Shown here piece by piece: positions 24,954 through 38,139 of a stretch of 64,000 nt of DNA. The position numbers were made by a program, and so were the translations under genes. The notes beneath the pieces were generated by a model, which was not told where the DNA came from, did not search any database, and saw only the letters and a list, made by a program, of their open reading frames with translations. The stretch is from Octopus sinensis (taxonomy: Eukaryota). The stretch spans positions 15,066,001 through 15,130,000 of the forward strand of contig NC_043005.1 in assembly GCF_006345805.1 (NCBI RefSeq), read 5' to 3'. The first letter of the stretch is position 1. Every line of letters begins with the position of its first letter.

Positions 24954-27900
24954 GTAAGTTGAATTTTCACACCAATTTTTAAAATATCATCTTTTACATG
25001 TAGGGATTTCTGTGAAGAGGGGAATTGATTTTCCCACTGTGTTGCTATTCACACCTACGATCAAAGATATTAAAATTGAGATCATTCTTTCCATTTTTAG
25101 GCATTAGTCTTTTTTCTTACTGTTATTGTTTAATCTCAGACTAGAGCAGAACTACAATCAAAAACTTCCCAGTTCTTACAATTCTACTTTTTTTTTTACC
25201 AAACATACAATATTCTATTCTATTCTATATTCTTTTACTTGTTTCAGTCATTTGACTGCGGCCATGCTGGAGCACCGCCTTTAATCGAGCAACTCGACCC
25301 CGGGACTTATTCTTTTGTAAGCCCAGTACTTATTCTATCGGTCTCTTTTGCCAAACCGCTAAGTAACGGGGACATAAACACACCAGCATCGGTTGTCAAG
25401 CAATGCTAGGACAAACACAGACACAAACACACACACGCATATATATATATACATATATACGACAGGCTTCTTTCAGTTTCCATCTACCAAATCCACTCAC
25501 AAGGCTTTGGTCGGCCTGAGGCTATAATAGTAGACACTTGCCCAAGATGCCACACAGTGGGACTGAACCTGGAACCATGTGGTTGGGGGTTCAGTCCCAC
25601 TGCGTATCTTGGACTACATTTTCCAGTGTGTCTTTGTTGTTGTTGATGATAATAATGATGATGATGATAACGCTTATGAACCATAGACATCTGTGACACA
25701 CTCTTCTTTTATTCAAACATACTAAATCAAGTTACTAAGTTTTCCAATGTTTTTTTTGTTTTTTTTTCTAATTGGCTTTGTCAGAAGCACAACACTCCAC
25801 CTTTGCAGGGTTTCTAAAACTGGAGGGAGAGAGAAAGGAAAAAAATGACCATGACATTGCTACTGGGTCATCTATACTTGGGTCAAATACTTGAATTGTT
25901 GCTTGTAGTAGAATAGTAAAACCTCCTAATAACAAGGTAATGGTGTTGTTAAATTGGGAAATAGAGGTGAGATCCATTGATAGCTCTGCTGTAATGATAC
26001 TTACGGAGTATCATAGTTGACAGTATCATAATTGACATAGTTGATAGAGGTGGAGATAATTTTAAGAAGTCAAGAATTTATTTTGTATGGTATTTAATAT
26101 ACTTGTATGGTATTTGATATACTATTTTGTTGACCCTGAGATTATGAAAATCAAAACTTGATCCTAGCAGGACTTGCTCAGAATGTACAGAAAATATGTG
26201 ACAAAAAATGCTAAAGGGTTAAAATGGGAGGTTTCTATCTTAGAATCAGGGACACTCCCAGGTAGGTTGATATCAAAAGAGTTGAAGATGATTTATGACA
26301 AAGATGCACGGCCACATATATCAATTACATCAACCTCAGGACTTACCTAGTATAATTGAAACAAAAATGAGCTTAGAGAAATAACTCAGAGTGACCAGTG
26401 GCATGTATTTGAACAACATAGATAAATACATAGCCAATAGATTAAATTATCATCTTAGCTTTTCTTTATGAATTTACATCTCCACACGAATGCTGGGCCT
26501 GTGAGAAATAGCAAGCAAATGGATTCAGTTCCACTGTGCAACCTCTTTAGCTAGAGTCTTCTACCATAGCTTCAGATCAACCAAAGCCTAACGAGTAAAA
26601 TTTGGCAAATGGAAACTATGTGGCAGCCAGTCCACTTCCTGAAGAAAGTATGCTGCCCGAAACTGTTGACATCTTTTCGTCTCACAAAGAGTTAACATAC
26701 AGTAATATTTCACTTTATGAGGACCTGCTTTATGAGACCCCAGGTTTATGAGTTTTATTTTTCAAGCACAAGATCCAAATTTTGAATGAAGTGCAAAAGA
26801 GTCTACTATCATAGCAAATGTTTCAGCATGCTATTGAGAAATTTATAGAGAGTTAAAAAAAAGCTTCTTCTAAGCAAAGAACTCTAGACTTGTTTTTTAA
26901 AAAGAAATCTACAAGTCTATCTATGAGTGCTTGTGAATCGGTGATAGCATCTACAAGTGATGGTGCACACAAGTTTAGTGCAAGTGAAAGTGATTCAGAA
27001 AACGATTATGATTATGATTATATTTATGATTATCATTATAATTATGATTATGCTTTAGTACACGATCGCAGATCAAGTCACTTGCTATGCAAGTACATCC
27101 CTATAATGTGATAATAATATTTTTTATTATAAATGAGCTTGGCATTCTTTTTACTTTACATAAAATATTCTTTACTTTCTACTGTTGTTTTATTGCCATT
27201 TATTTACGAGTGTTATGAATTCTATAGTTACAATATTTTTCTGGGAGCGAATTATGATTTATAACATTGCTACTGTGGAGAACTTTTTTATGAGTTTTCA
27301 TTTTATGAGCAGTTTCCACGAACAAGTTAACTTGTATACTGAGGCATTACTCTTTTACTCTTTTACTTGTTTCAGTCATTTGACTGCAGCCATGCTGGAG
27401 CACCGCCTTTAGTCGAGCAAATCGACCCCGGGACTTATTATTTGTAAGCCCAGTACTTATTCTATCAGTCTCTTTTGCCGAACCGCTAAGTGACGGGGAC
27501 GTAAACACACTAGCATCGGTTGTCAAGCAATGCTAGGGGGACAAACACAGACACACAAACACACACACACATACACACATATATATATATATATATATAC
27601 ATATATATGACAGGCTTCTTTCAGTTTCCGTCTACCAAATCCACTCACGAGGCATTGGTCGGCCCGGGGCTATAGCAGAAGACTTATGCACTTTATTTTA
27701 TAAAAGGCAGCCACACTAACTTCATTAAAGAAACCTCTATGCTATCCCTTAACCTGTTAGAACAACAACCAAAATCTCAGTCATATCAAACCTTATCCTC
27801 TTCAAACAAAAAGGACTGAAAAGAAAAAGATTAGGTAATATAGTTCTGGATACCTGAGAAAGAAAAAGGAAACACAACCATCACTTCTGCTCAATCAGGA

Positions 27901-30900
27901 CTAAATTAAGTCTAAACAACAATAAAACCTGCATGTTCTGCTTTTAACATTGGTAGAATCATTACAGCAGCATATAAAATTTTTTGCCATATTTAACCCT
28001 TTATATTCTGAGTTCCCTTTCTGCCAAGAATGATTTTGGGTTTTATATTCCTGGGGTTGATAAAATAATCAAACTATACCTCCTTGTCCTTATTTGAAGT
28101 ATTGTGTCTATATTATTAATCAATATCTTAACAATTCTATTTACTTAGTTATTAGCTGCTCCTACAACTGAGATAATCCCAGCACAACCACGACATTTAC
28201 CGGTAGCGAAAGCAAATAAATCCCACGCACAACCACCCACTCGTACTAACAAATGTACAATCAAAATGTTCTTTTATTGTTCTGCTTTATAGAAAATTAA
28301 AACCATAAATGATTTTTAGCATCAGTTGTCTTGGTGAGAAAACTATTATAATAGTTTTCTCACCAAGTATGGATCTTTTGATTAGTGTTGTCTGTAATGG
28401 ATGGGCCTTCACTTAAGATATGTTTTTTTTTGTTAGTTTTTTTATGATGATGCGGAGGATGAAAACGGAAGAGATTTGATTGTATCCTACAAGACTTAGT
28501 TAAAGGAATGTCTGAAAGGAATTAAATAAAGCAAAACTATCTCATAAATGCTTGGCTTAATAAATAACAGTAATGATTTCCATCTTTTCACAAAGATAAT
28601 CTTGGGGATATATACGATAAACATCACCCTTTCCAAGCCTAGCCAGGCCCATGGGCCCGGTTTCCTGGTTTCTGTGGCGTATTTGTTCCCCACAGCTGGA
28701 TGGGACACAGTCCATCGCAGCCTTACTCAAGAAGCAGGAAGAGAGAGTAAGAGAAAGTTGTGGCAAAAGAGTACAACAAGGGTTGCCACCACCCCCTACC
28801 AGAACCTCGTGGAGCTTTTTAGGTGTTTTCGCTCAATAAACACACACAATGCCTGGTCTGGGAATTGAAACCGTGATCCTCTGACCGTGAGTCCTCTACC
28901 CTAACCACTAGGCCATTGCGACTCCACAAAATGTTCCTTATCGAGCCATTCCAGGCTCATAAGCACCAGTTTCTCAGTTTCAGTGATGTAGAAATTCCTT
29001 ACCTGGACGGGACACCGGTCCGTCACAGGATTACTCATTTTTGCCAGGTGAGTAGACTGGAGTAACGTGAAAATGAAGTGTTTTGCTCAAGAACACAATG
29101 CATCGCTTGGTCCAGGAATCGAAACCACAACCTTACAATCATGAGTTCAACACTCTTAACCACTAAGTCATGCATTTCCACTTGGGGATATATATTGGAT
29201 GAAATCAACCTCGAAATATAACTGGTAGTCATTTTATCAACTTCAAACTAAGTGTGTATGTGTGTGTGTGTGTGAATGATGTGGTGGCAGCGGAGGTGGT
29301 TGTAGTTGTTTAATCCTAAATAAGCTCTTAACAACAAGATCTACTATGAAAGATTGTTTCAATTATGACCTTTTCATCATTTTATTCAGATATAGGCACA
29401 GGAGTGGCTGTGTGGTAAGTAGCTTGCTTACCAACCACATGGTTCCGGGTTCAGTCCCACTGCGTGACACCTTGGGCAAGTGTCTTCTAGAATAGCCTCA
29501 GGCCGACCAAAGCCTTGCAAGTGGATTTGGTAGACCGAAACTGAAAGAAGCCTGTTGTATATATGTATATATATGTACATGTGTGTATATGCTGGTGTAT
29601 TTGTGTTTGTCCCCCCAACATCACCTGACAACTGATGCTGGTGTGTTTACATCCCCGTAACTTAGCAGTTCAGCAAAACAGACTGATAGAATAAGTACTA
29701 GGCTTACAAAGAATAAGTCCTGGGGTCGATTTGCTCAACTAAAGGTGGTGCTCCAGCATGGCCACAGTCAAATGACTGAAACAAGTAAAAGAGTAAAGAG
29801 AGTATACGGATCTTTTCAGTTTGGATGCCAGTTTTCAAAAATTCAAAGTTTATTGAAAATTTTAAAATTTGGTACATTAATGTAGTTTTCCAAGCTGATT
29901 CACTTTTTTTCAGAAAATTTAAAAAAAAAGTTATAGAGTTTTAAAGTTTGATTATTTTCACCCAGTCAGAAAACAAGATTTGGAAGCTGTCATTTTGTGT
30001 GTGACATGTTTTAAACTCATGACAATGGTTTTTTTCTATCAGGCAACTAGGTTACACTGACAGTAATTACCTTGACCAAGATCAGCAATTAGCACATGAC
30101 AATGGTTTGGCATATATTTACCTCAACCACTTTAAAGCAGCTAATTTTATTTATATAAACTGTCACCACTGGGCAAAATGTGGAGGCACGTGGCTTAGTG
30201 GTTAGAGCAGCGGACTTACAGTCAAGGGGTCACAGGTTCGAATCTCAGACCAGGCGATATATGTGTGTTTATGAGCGAAACACCTAAGCTCCTCAGTGTT
30301 CCGGCAGAAGGTAATGGCGAACTTCTGCTGACTCTTTTGCCACAACTTTCTCTCATTCTTTCCTCCTGCATCTTGCAGCTCACCTGTGACGGACCGGCGT
30401 CCCTTCCAGGTGAGGAACCTAAACGCCAAGGAAACCGGGAAACCGGCCCTTATGAGCCAGGCATGACTCAAGAAGGAACAAACAACTGGGCAAAATGCTC
30501 CTGCAGTGTTACTGCTGAAATAAGATCCCTCCACAGAGTGAGAAGAATTTGCTGAATGCATACGAATTTGATAGGAAGTCATAGTGTAAATGGTTGTGTA
30601 ATCCACCAAAACTGCTGCTTTTATACTGTTATGGTGATGAAGTCTTGAACTGAGTTGGAAATATTTTCATGAAGAGCCTAACAAACCTATCAGATTCCTT
30701 GAAATTTGCATGGTGGCCTCTATTATCGATTCTGTGAATGATAGTGGATATTTATATCAACTGGTACACAAACAGGTACAAAACTACAGTAGATAGGGTT
30801 GCATATATTGTTGTCATCTGATTCAAAGCGAGTACACAGCACACATAAATTTACGTCAACTGATGTCATGGGATTAATATGAAACTGTAAATAAATCAAC

Positions 30901-32171
30901 TTTTACTTTACAGACAACATATAATCCCTCATAACCCTTTTATTTTTTGGAATTTTCAGAAAATTTTAGCGAATTTGTATTCTTCACTCAAGAATTCAAA
31001 TGATTATGCAAAAACCAAAAAAGAAAAAAAAATTGGGAGGTACATGATTTAAAGCCTATTTGGTTGTTATTTTTAGCACATCTCTCAATCAGAATACAAG
31101 TAGCAGAACACAGGGTAGAGCATATTTGTCAACATGTGCTATCTCGCAGATAAAAGAGTTATCATGTTTGGCTTGTTACTATAGAAACAGGCATGACTGT
31201 GTCTGTGGCTTACAATTGACTAAAATTACCCAAAATTTTCAAACTTTAAAAGATAATAACTCTTTATTGATTTACTGCAAAAATGAATTTCAAAGGAGTG
31301 ATTAGCATATAAAACCATATCATTACACCAAATATGAGATCAATTCAAGCAGGAATTGAAAAGATTGAAAATTGGCTGCTAAACTGAAAAGATCCTTAGA
31401 TCAGTCTCTGCAGGACTACATTATCTAATGTGTTCTATTTTTTTTTTTTTTTAAATATAGTATAGTGTACCTTGAAGGAGAATTACTTGTTATTTTTAGC
31501 TGGTTGAATGATCATATGGATGATTGAATTCGCAGTATATGATATCTTCACTTTCTTTGATATTGTGTCATCTCTTCAGTGAAACTCAAATCCTCAGATC
31601 AGGTCTTGCCAGTTCTTTGTGTATCTTTCCTTAAGGTGGCGAGATGGCAGAAACGTTAGCTCACCGGGCGAAATGCTTAGCAGGAATTCGTCTATCTTTA
31701 CGTCCTGAGTTCAAATTCTGCCGAGGTTGACTTTGCCTTTCATCCTTTTGGGGTCGATAAATTAAGTACCAGTTGCGTACTGGTTCAATGTAATCGACTG
31801 GCCCCCTTTCCCCAAAATTTTAGGCCCACTTCCATAACTGATAGTTCCTGATATGTATTTTTAGTCACATTCTATAACTCATCCACTCACATTATATGTC
31901 TACTCTGCAACAGCTGCTCCTTTATTATGCACATGTGCTGGCTCATTAGTCAAGGCCACTGATGCACAGTCACATTCTCAACTCACTTTTGTACTCAAGC
32001 TATTGAAAGGGCCTCTGTGTAGTTGGATGACTTGCTAAATATAGCAGCCAAATTTCTCAAATACCACTGTTTTACAACCAATGAGGGAGCCACTTGACAT
32101 CTTAGAATTAAGCACCATTTCTTCCTCAAATCTCACTCTGTTTTTTGACAGTTACATTAGGTATGTTGCAC

Positions 32172-32206
<35 letters not shown>

Positions 32207-34430
32207 GTTTAATGTCCGTTTTTCATGCTAGCATGGGTTGAACAGTTCGACTGGAGTCTGGGAAGCCAGGAGGCTGCGCCAGGCTCCAGTCTGATCTGGC
32301 AGTGTTTCTACAGCTTGATGCCCTTCCTAACGCCAACCACTCCATGAGTATAGTGGGTGCTTTTTATGTGCCACCGGCACAGGGGCCAGAGGAGGCTGGT
32401 AAACGGCCACAATCACTTGGTGCTTTTTACATGTCACCGGCACAGACACCAGTCAGGTGGCACTGGCATTAGCCACATTTGGATGGTGCTTTTTACGTGC
32501 CACCAGCACGGGTATCATAACTACAATTTCCATTTGATTTTTATTCTGATGTTGATGTTGACGTACTTGACTCAATAGGTTTCCTCAAGCACAGTGGGTC
32601 ACTCTACAATCCAATGGTTAGCACAGCAGGCCATCTTGCGAGCTATGAACTCACTTCATTTGTGGGGTCTTTGCAGTCACAGCATATCTCCAGAGGTCTC
32701 GGTCTTTCGTCACTTCCTCTATGAGGCCCAATGTGTCACTGGCACGGGTATCACAGCTACAATATCCAATTGATCTTTATTTTGATGTTGATGTACTTGA
32801 CTCAATAGGTTCCTCAAGCACAGCAGGTCGCCCTACGATCCAAGGTTAGCACAGCAGGCCATCCTGCAAGCCATGAACTCACTTCATTTGTGGGGTCTTC
32901 ACAGTCACAGCATATCTCCAGAGGTCTCAGTCTTTTGTCATAGCCTCTGTGAGGCCCAACGTTTGAAGGTTATGCTTGATCATCTCATCCCATGTCTTCC
33001 TGGGTCTATCTCTACCCCGGATTCCTTCAACATTTTGGGAGTGGCACTTCTTCACACATCTCTCTTCATCCATCCATAGTACATGACCATACCAAGAAAA
33101 TTGCGATAGGATGATCATGACAGGAACGCTTTTAATTCAAAATTTACTCAGTCAATACTAACCTCAGGTTAAACAACAGCAACAAACAAGTCTTGCTAAG
33201 ATGTTCTTTTTCTTTGCCTTCTCACTGAGTAACAAAAAAAAATTTCTAAGTGAGTTTATTCTTTTTTTTTTATTTCCAATTTAGGTATTAAAAAAATAGA
33301 TATTTTCAATGAACCTGAGATAAAACTTATTCAAGAAGAAAACAAACAGGTGAAGCTTGGCGGAAGTTGGAGACCAATGACTTGTGATTCTTGGCAGAAA
33401 ATAGCCATTGTGATTCCATATCGCGATCGCTGGAAACATCTGAAAATATTACTCAACCGTTTACATCCAATGCTCACTCGACAGAAAGCTGACTACCGAA
33501 TATTTGTTATAGAACAGGTGGGTGATCTAAAGAACCTTCAGGTGGATGTTCTCTAACTTTTACAGGACGATTAGGATACCAATGAGGACCTAGTCAGGAT
33601 GTGGGACAAGCTGGGGGGTCAAATCAACCTTGTAGAGTTCATTCTAGTATTAACCATGTTTAGGGGAGGGTTTAATTTCTGCTGTATAATCCAAAAGTAT
33701 AAAAAAAAATCATTAATTATGCAGGCTTTCCTTCATGCCCCTATTTATGTGTGTGTGTATGTTTGTCTGTGTGTGTTTGTTTGCATGCATATTTATGCGT
33801 GTGCATGCGTGTACGTGCATGTGTGTGTGTGTGTATGTACGCACATGTACATATATATATATTTCTTTACTACCCACAAGGGGCTAAACACAGAGGGGAC
33901 AAACAAGGACAGACAAAGGGATTAAGTCGATTACATAGACCCCAGTGCGAAACTGGTACTTTATTTATCGACCCAGAAAGGATGAAAGGCAAAGTCGACC
34001 TCGGTGGAATTTGAACTCAGAACGTAACGGCAGACGAAATACGGCTACGCTTTTTGCCCGGCGTGCTAACGTTTCTGCCAGCTCGCCGCCTTAAATGTAC
34101 GTACGTGTATATATGCTTGTGTGTGTTTGTGTAAGCTTGTGCATGTATGCTTGCATGTATGTGTGGTGTGTGAGTGTGTGTAATTAAGAGACATCTAATC
34201 TATGTTTTTGTTGTACAAACCCTAGGTCAGCCCTGATCCAGCAACTCATGACCAAAGACATTCTAGTTGTGATTAACCTCTTTTCAGATTGTGTTATGTA
34301 ATATACCTTTCCTTTTAGAGATGGTAGGGTGTGGTTAGTGAAAGATTTGGCTGCTATTTTTAGCAAATCGAGTAACTATGTTTGTCTTTGATTATGCTAC
34401 TGTTACGTGTGTGCATGTCAATATATATAC

Positions 34431-34514
<84 letters not shown>

Positions 34515-34557
34515 TATATTATATATATATATATATATTATATATATATATATATAT

Positions 34558-34607
<50 letters not shown>

Positions 34608-34621
34608 GTATATATATATAT

Positions 34622-34693
<72 letters not shown>

Positions 34694-35395
34694 GATGAAG
34701 TTAATTTGTGTACATAAGGCTGTTTAATCAATGTGAATGCAAACTGAGATAAAAAAATCTTCAAAGTTCTCAGATTTATATCCTTCTCTTCTTTCTTCTC
34801 TTTCTCTTTCTCTCTCTCTCTCTCTCTCTATCTCTTTATCTCTCTATCTCACTCACTCCCACTCTCCTTCTTTCTTTATCTAACTTATGCTTCCCCAGAC
34901 TGGTTTTCCATTGCTATATTTTTATGTATTCCTTGGAAAGCAAACTTATTTTTTCCCCATGCTTTCTATCTCACTTTCTACTTTCCTCACTCTTTTTCTC
35001 TTCCACTCTCTCTATTTCTTTCAATGCCTCTCTCTCTCTTTCTTTCAATCTATCTCTCTCTCCCTCTCTTCCTCTAGTCTTCCCATGTTCCTTACAAGAC
35101 AAGATAAAATTATTTTCCTTCCAGTTTTTCCTTCTATAAAATCTATAACAAACTCCAGTTACATTTCCAATTTTAAATTCTGCTACCAACAGTCTATTTA
35201 TACCAATTTTGTACCTATTTCCTAAAATAACCATATATTTTCTACTATTATTATAGGTGCAAGCATGATTGTGTGTTAAGAACTTTGCTTCCCAACCACA
35301 TGTTTTCAGGTTCAGTCCCACTGTGTGGCACCCTGGGCTAGTGTCTTCTACAATGAAAGAAACCCTGTGTGTGTATGTGTGTGTGTATGTGTGTG

Positions 35396-35428
<33 letters not shown>

Positions 35429-36492
35429 ATACATACACGCATTGGGCTTCTTTCAGTTTCATTCTAGAAAATTCATTCACTGATTGAAAGAAGTAGAAGA
35501 ATAGGATAGAAAATATTTTTTTCTATGTACCGTAAATCCTCGAGTATAATCTGCACTTTTTTCCCAAAATTTAAAGGTCAAAATCCCTAGTGCGTATTAT
35601 ATACGAGGTTAAAAATGAAAATTATTTTCTAAGCAATATCCGAGTCTCTATTTGCTGTCTGGCAATGTTTATTCAGATGCATTTTGTGATGTCGGGCACG
35701 AAAATACCTTAAATCATTGCAGTAAGCAACATTTATTAAACATTATTACTGTTATTTCTGTTATTTCTTTATTTTCTGCAAACAAAATGCACAAAAAAGC
35801 TACACATTTGCATTATGTTATATATACAATAATAATAACGGATGTTACGGAATACATTTTTACAAAGCAAGGATGTTATATAGGCCTCCTTGACTCAATT
35901 TAGAGAAGGGGTGCGTATTATGCACAAGGTTTAGGTTTTCAGAGGTAAAGCCCCCTAAAAATCCCCTGCATTTTATACTCAAGGGCGGACTATACTTGAG
36001 GATTTATGGTATTTTACTTGAGGAATACTTATGACCTTTGACAGGGCCTCTGAAACTGATGAGAGGAAGTGGTGGCAGGGAGTTATCTTTGGATCATAGA
36101 ATACTTACAACAAAGCAGTCTCTGCTAAAGGCACCAAAGTTGTTGTGCAGTGGAGCTGGAATTTTTAAGGCAGCTGATAGAGGAACTCCCTCTAAAAGGC
36201 TTCTGCACTGTTTCATTTTATCAAATTTCACTCACAAAGTTTTGACCTAAGGCTGTAGTATAAAATGTTTGCCAAAGAGCAGTGCCACTTGATGCATGCA
36301 CACACACACACAAACACGACAGGGTTCTTTTAGTTCCTGTTTACCATATCCACTCACAAAGCTTTGGTTGACCTAGAGCTATAGTAGAAGACCTTGCCCA
36401 ATGTGTTATGAAGTGGGATCGAACCTCTGAAACTTTATGGATGGGAAGCAAACTTCTCAACCAGACAGCCACATCTGCACCTACAAAATTAA

Positions 36493-36530
<38 letters not shown>

Positions 36531-37537
36531 ATCAATGAGGGAACTTAAAACCTGCTTCCCTTCAAAGTCCTTTGTTATGTATATGCTGCATCATGTTATA
36601 GGTATTTGTCACTTTATCAAAAATCCAGTGAACCAGTGATTAATTAATCTGTTGAAAATTTGCAGCCAATGATGCCTTGGTTCATAAACTGAGATATAGA
36701 ATTAATAAAAAGAAATAAATGGAAAAAAAATCTGATGAATTTTCAAACTCTTTTACTCTTTTACTTGTTTCAGTCATTTGACTGCGGCCATGCTGGAGCA
36801 CCGCCTTTAGTCGAGCAACTCGACCCCGGGACTTATTCTTTTGTAAGCCTTGTACTTATTCTATCGGTCTCTTTTGCCGAACCGCTAAGTAACGGGGACA
36901 TAAACACACCAGCATCGGTTGTCAAGCAATGCTAGGGGGACAAACACAGATACACAAACACACATACGCTCATATATATATATATACATATATACGACGG
37001 GCTTCTTTTCAGTTTCCGTCTACCAAATCCACTCACAAGGCTTTGGCCGGCCCGAGGCTATAGTAGAAGACACTTGCCCAAGGTGTCACATAGTGGGACT
37101 GAACCCGGAACCATGTGGCTGGTAAACAAGCTACTTACCACACAGCCACTCCTGCACCTGTATTTTATTTGCTTTCTTTTTTTATATTTTTACATTTATT
37201 TCTCTATGTCTATGTTTCTTTTCTTCTAATTTTAGAGTGGAATTAGTACATTTAATCGAGGTAAGCTGATGAACATTGGTTACTTGGAGGCCCTTGACTA
37301 TGACAGCTTTGATTGTTTTGTATTTCACGATGTTGATTTGATTCCAGAGAACGACAAAAATATATATTTATGTGACCAACATGCTAGACATTTGGCATCA
37401 GCAATTGATGAAATGAGATACCAGTTAGTATTTTCAGGATTTATTTCTTTAACTTGCATTCATATTTTTTATTCTATACCAAATGATATTTTACATGTGG
37501 GTGCATATGTGAATATGTATGTGTGTTTGTATATATA

Positions 37538-37612
<75 letters not shown>

Positions 37613-38069
37613 CATATATTATAATCATCATCATCATCATCATCATTTAGCGTCCGTTCTCCATGCTAGCATGGGTTGGACGGTTCAACTGGGGTCTGTG
37701 AAGCTGGAAGGCTTCATCAGGCCCAGTCAGATCTGGCAGTGTTTCTACGGCTGGATGCCCTTCCTAACGCCAACCACTCCATGAGTGTAGTGGGTGCTTT
37801 TTACGTGCCACCCGCACAGGTGCCAGACAGAGTTGGCAAACGGCCACGAACGGATGGTGCTTTTACGTGCCACCAACACGGGGGCCAGACAGAGCTGGCA
37901 CACGGCCACGAAACGGATGGTGCTTTTACGTGTCACCGGCACGGGGGCCAGGCGAGGCTGGCAACGGACACGAACGGACGGTGCTTTTTAACATGTCACC
38001 GACATGGGGGCCAGACAGGGCTGGCAAACGGACACGAACGGATGGTGCTTTTACATGTCACCGACATAT

Positions 38070-38139
<70 letters not shown>

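Larger units (their letters stand above)
24532..26207. repeat. Pair of ~163-bp near-identical direct repeats (24532-24694, 26045-26207)
   Basis: Both copies read TAGAGGTGGAGATAATTTTAAGAAGTCAAG...GTACAGAAAATATGTGACAAAAA with only a few mismatches. Confidence 0.9.

Noticed and set aside
26635-26670. CTGAAGA...GAAAC hammerhead-like spacing
   Set aside because: Stem II is mismatched and no convincing stem I partner follows; at most an old relic.
37424-37784. Extension of the 171-aa ORF beyond exon 3
   Set aside because: GT7 similarity stops at the GTTAGT donor; the remainder is intron, microsatellite and RTE repeat.
37790-38064. Regularly spaced ~60-bp repeats that could resemble a CRISPR array
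   Set aside because: The intervening segments are themselves repeated, the DNA is eukaryotic, there are no cas genes, and the array is part of an RTE 3' UTR.
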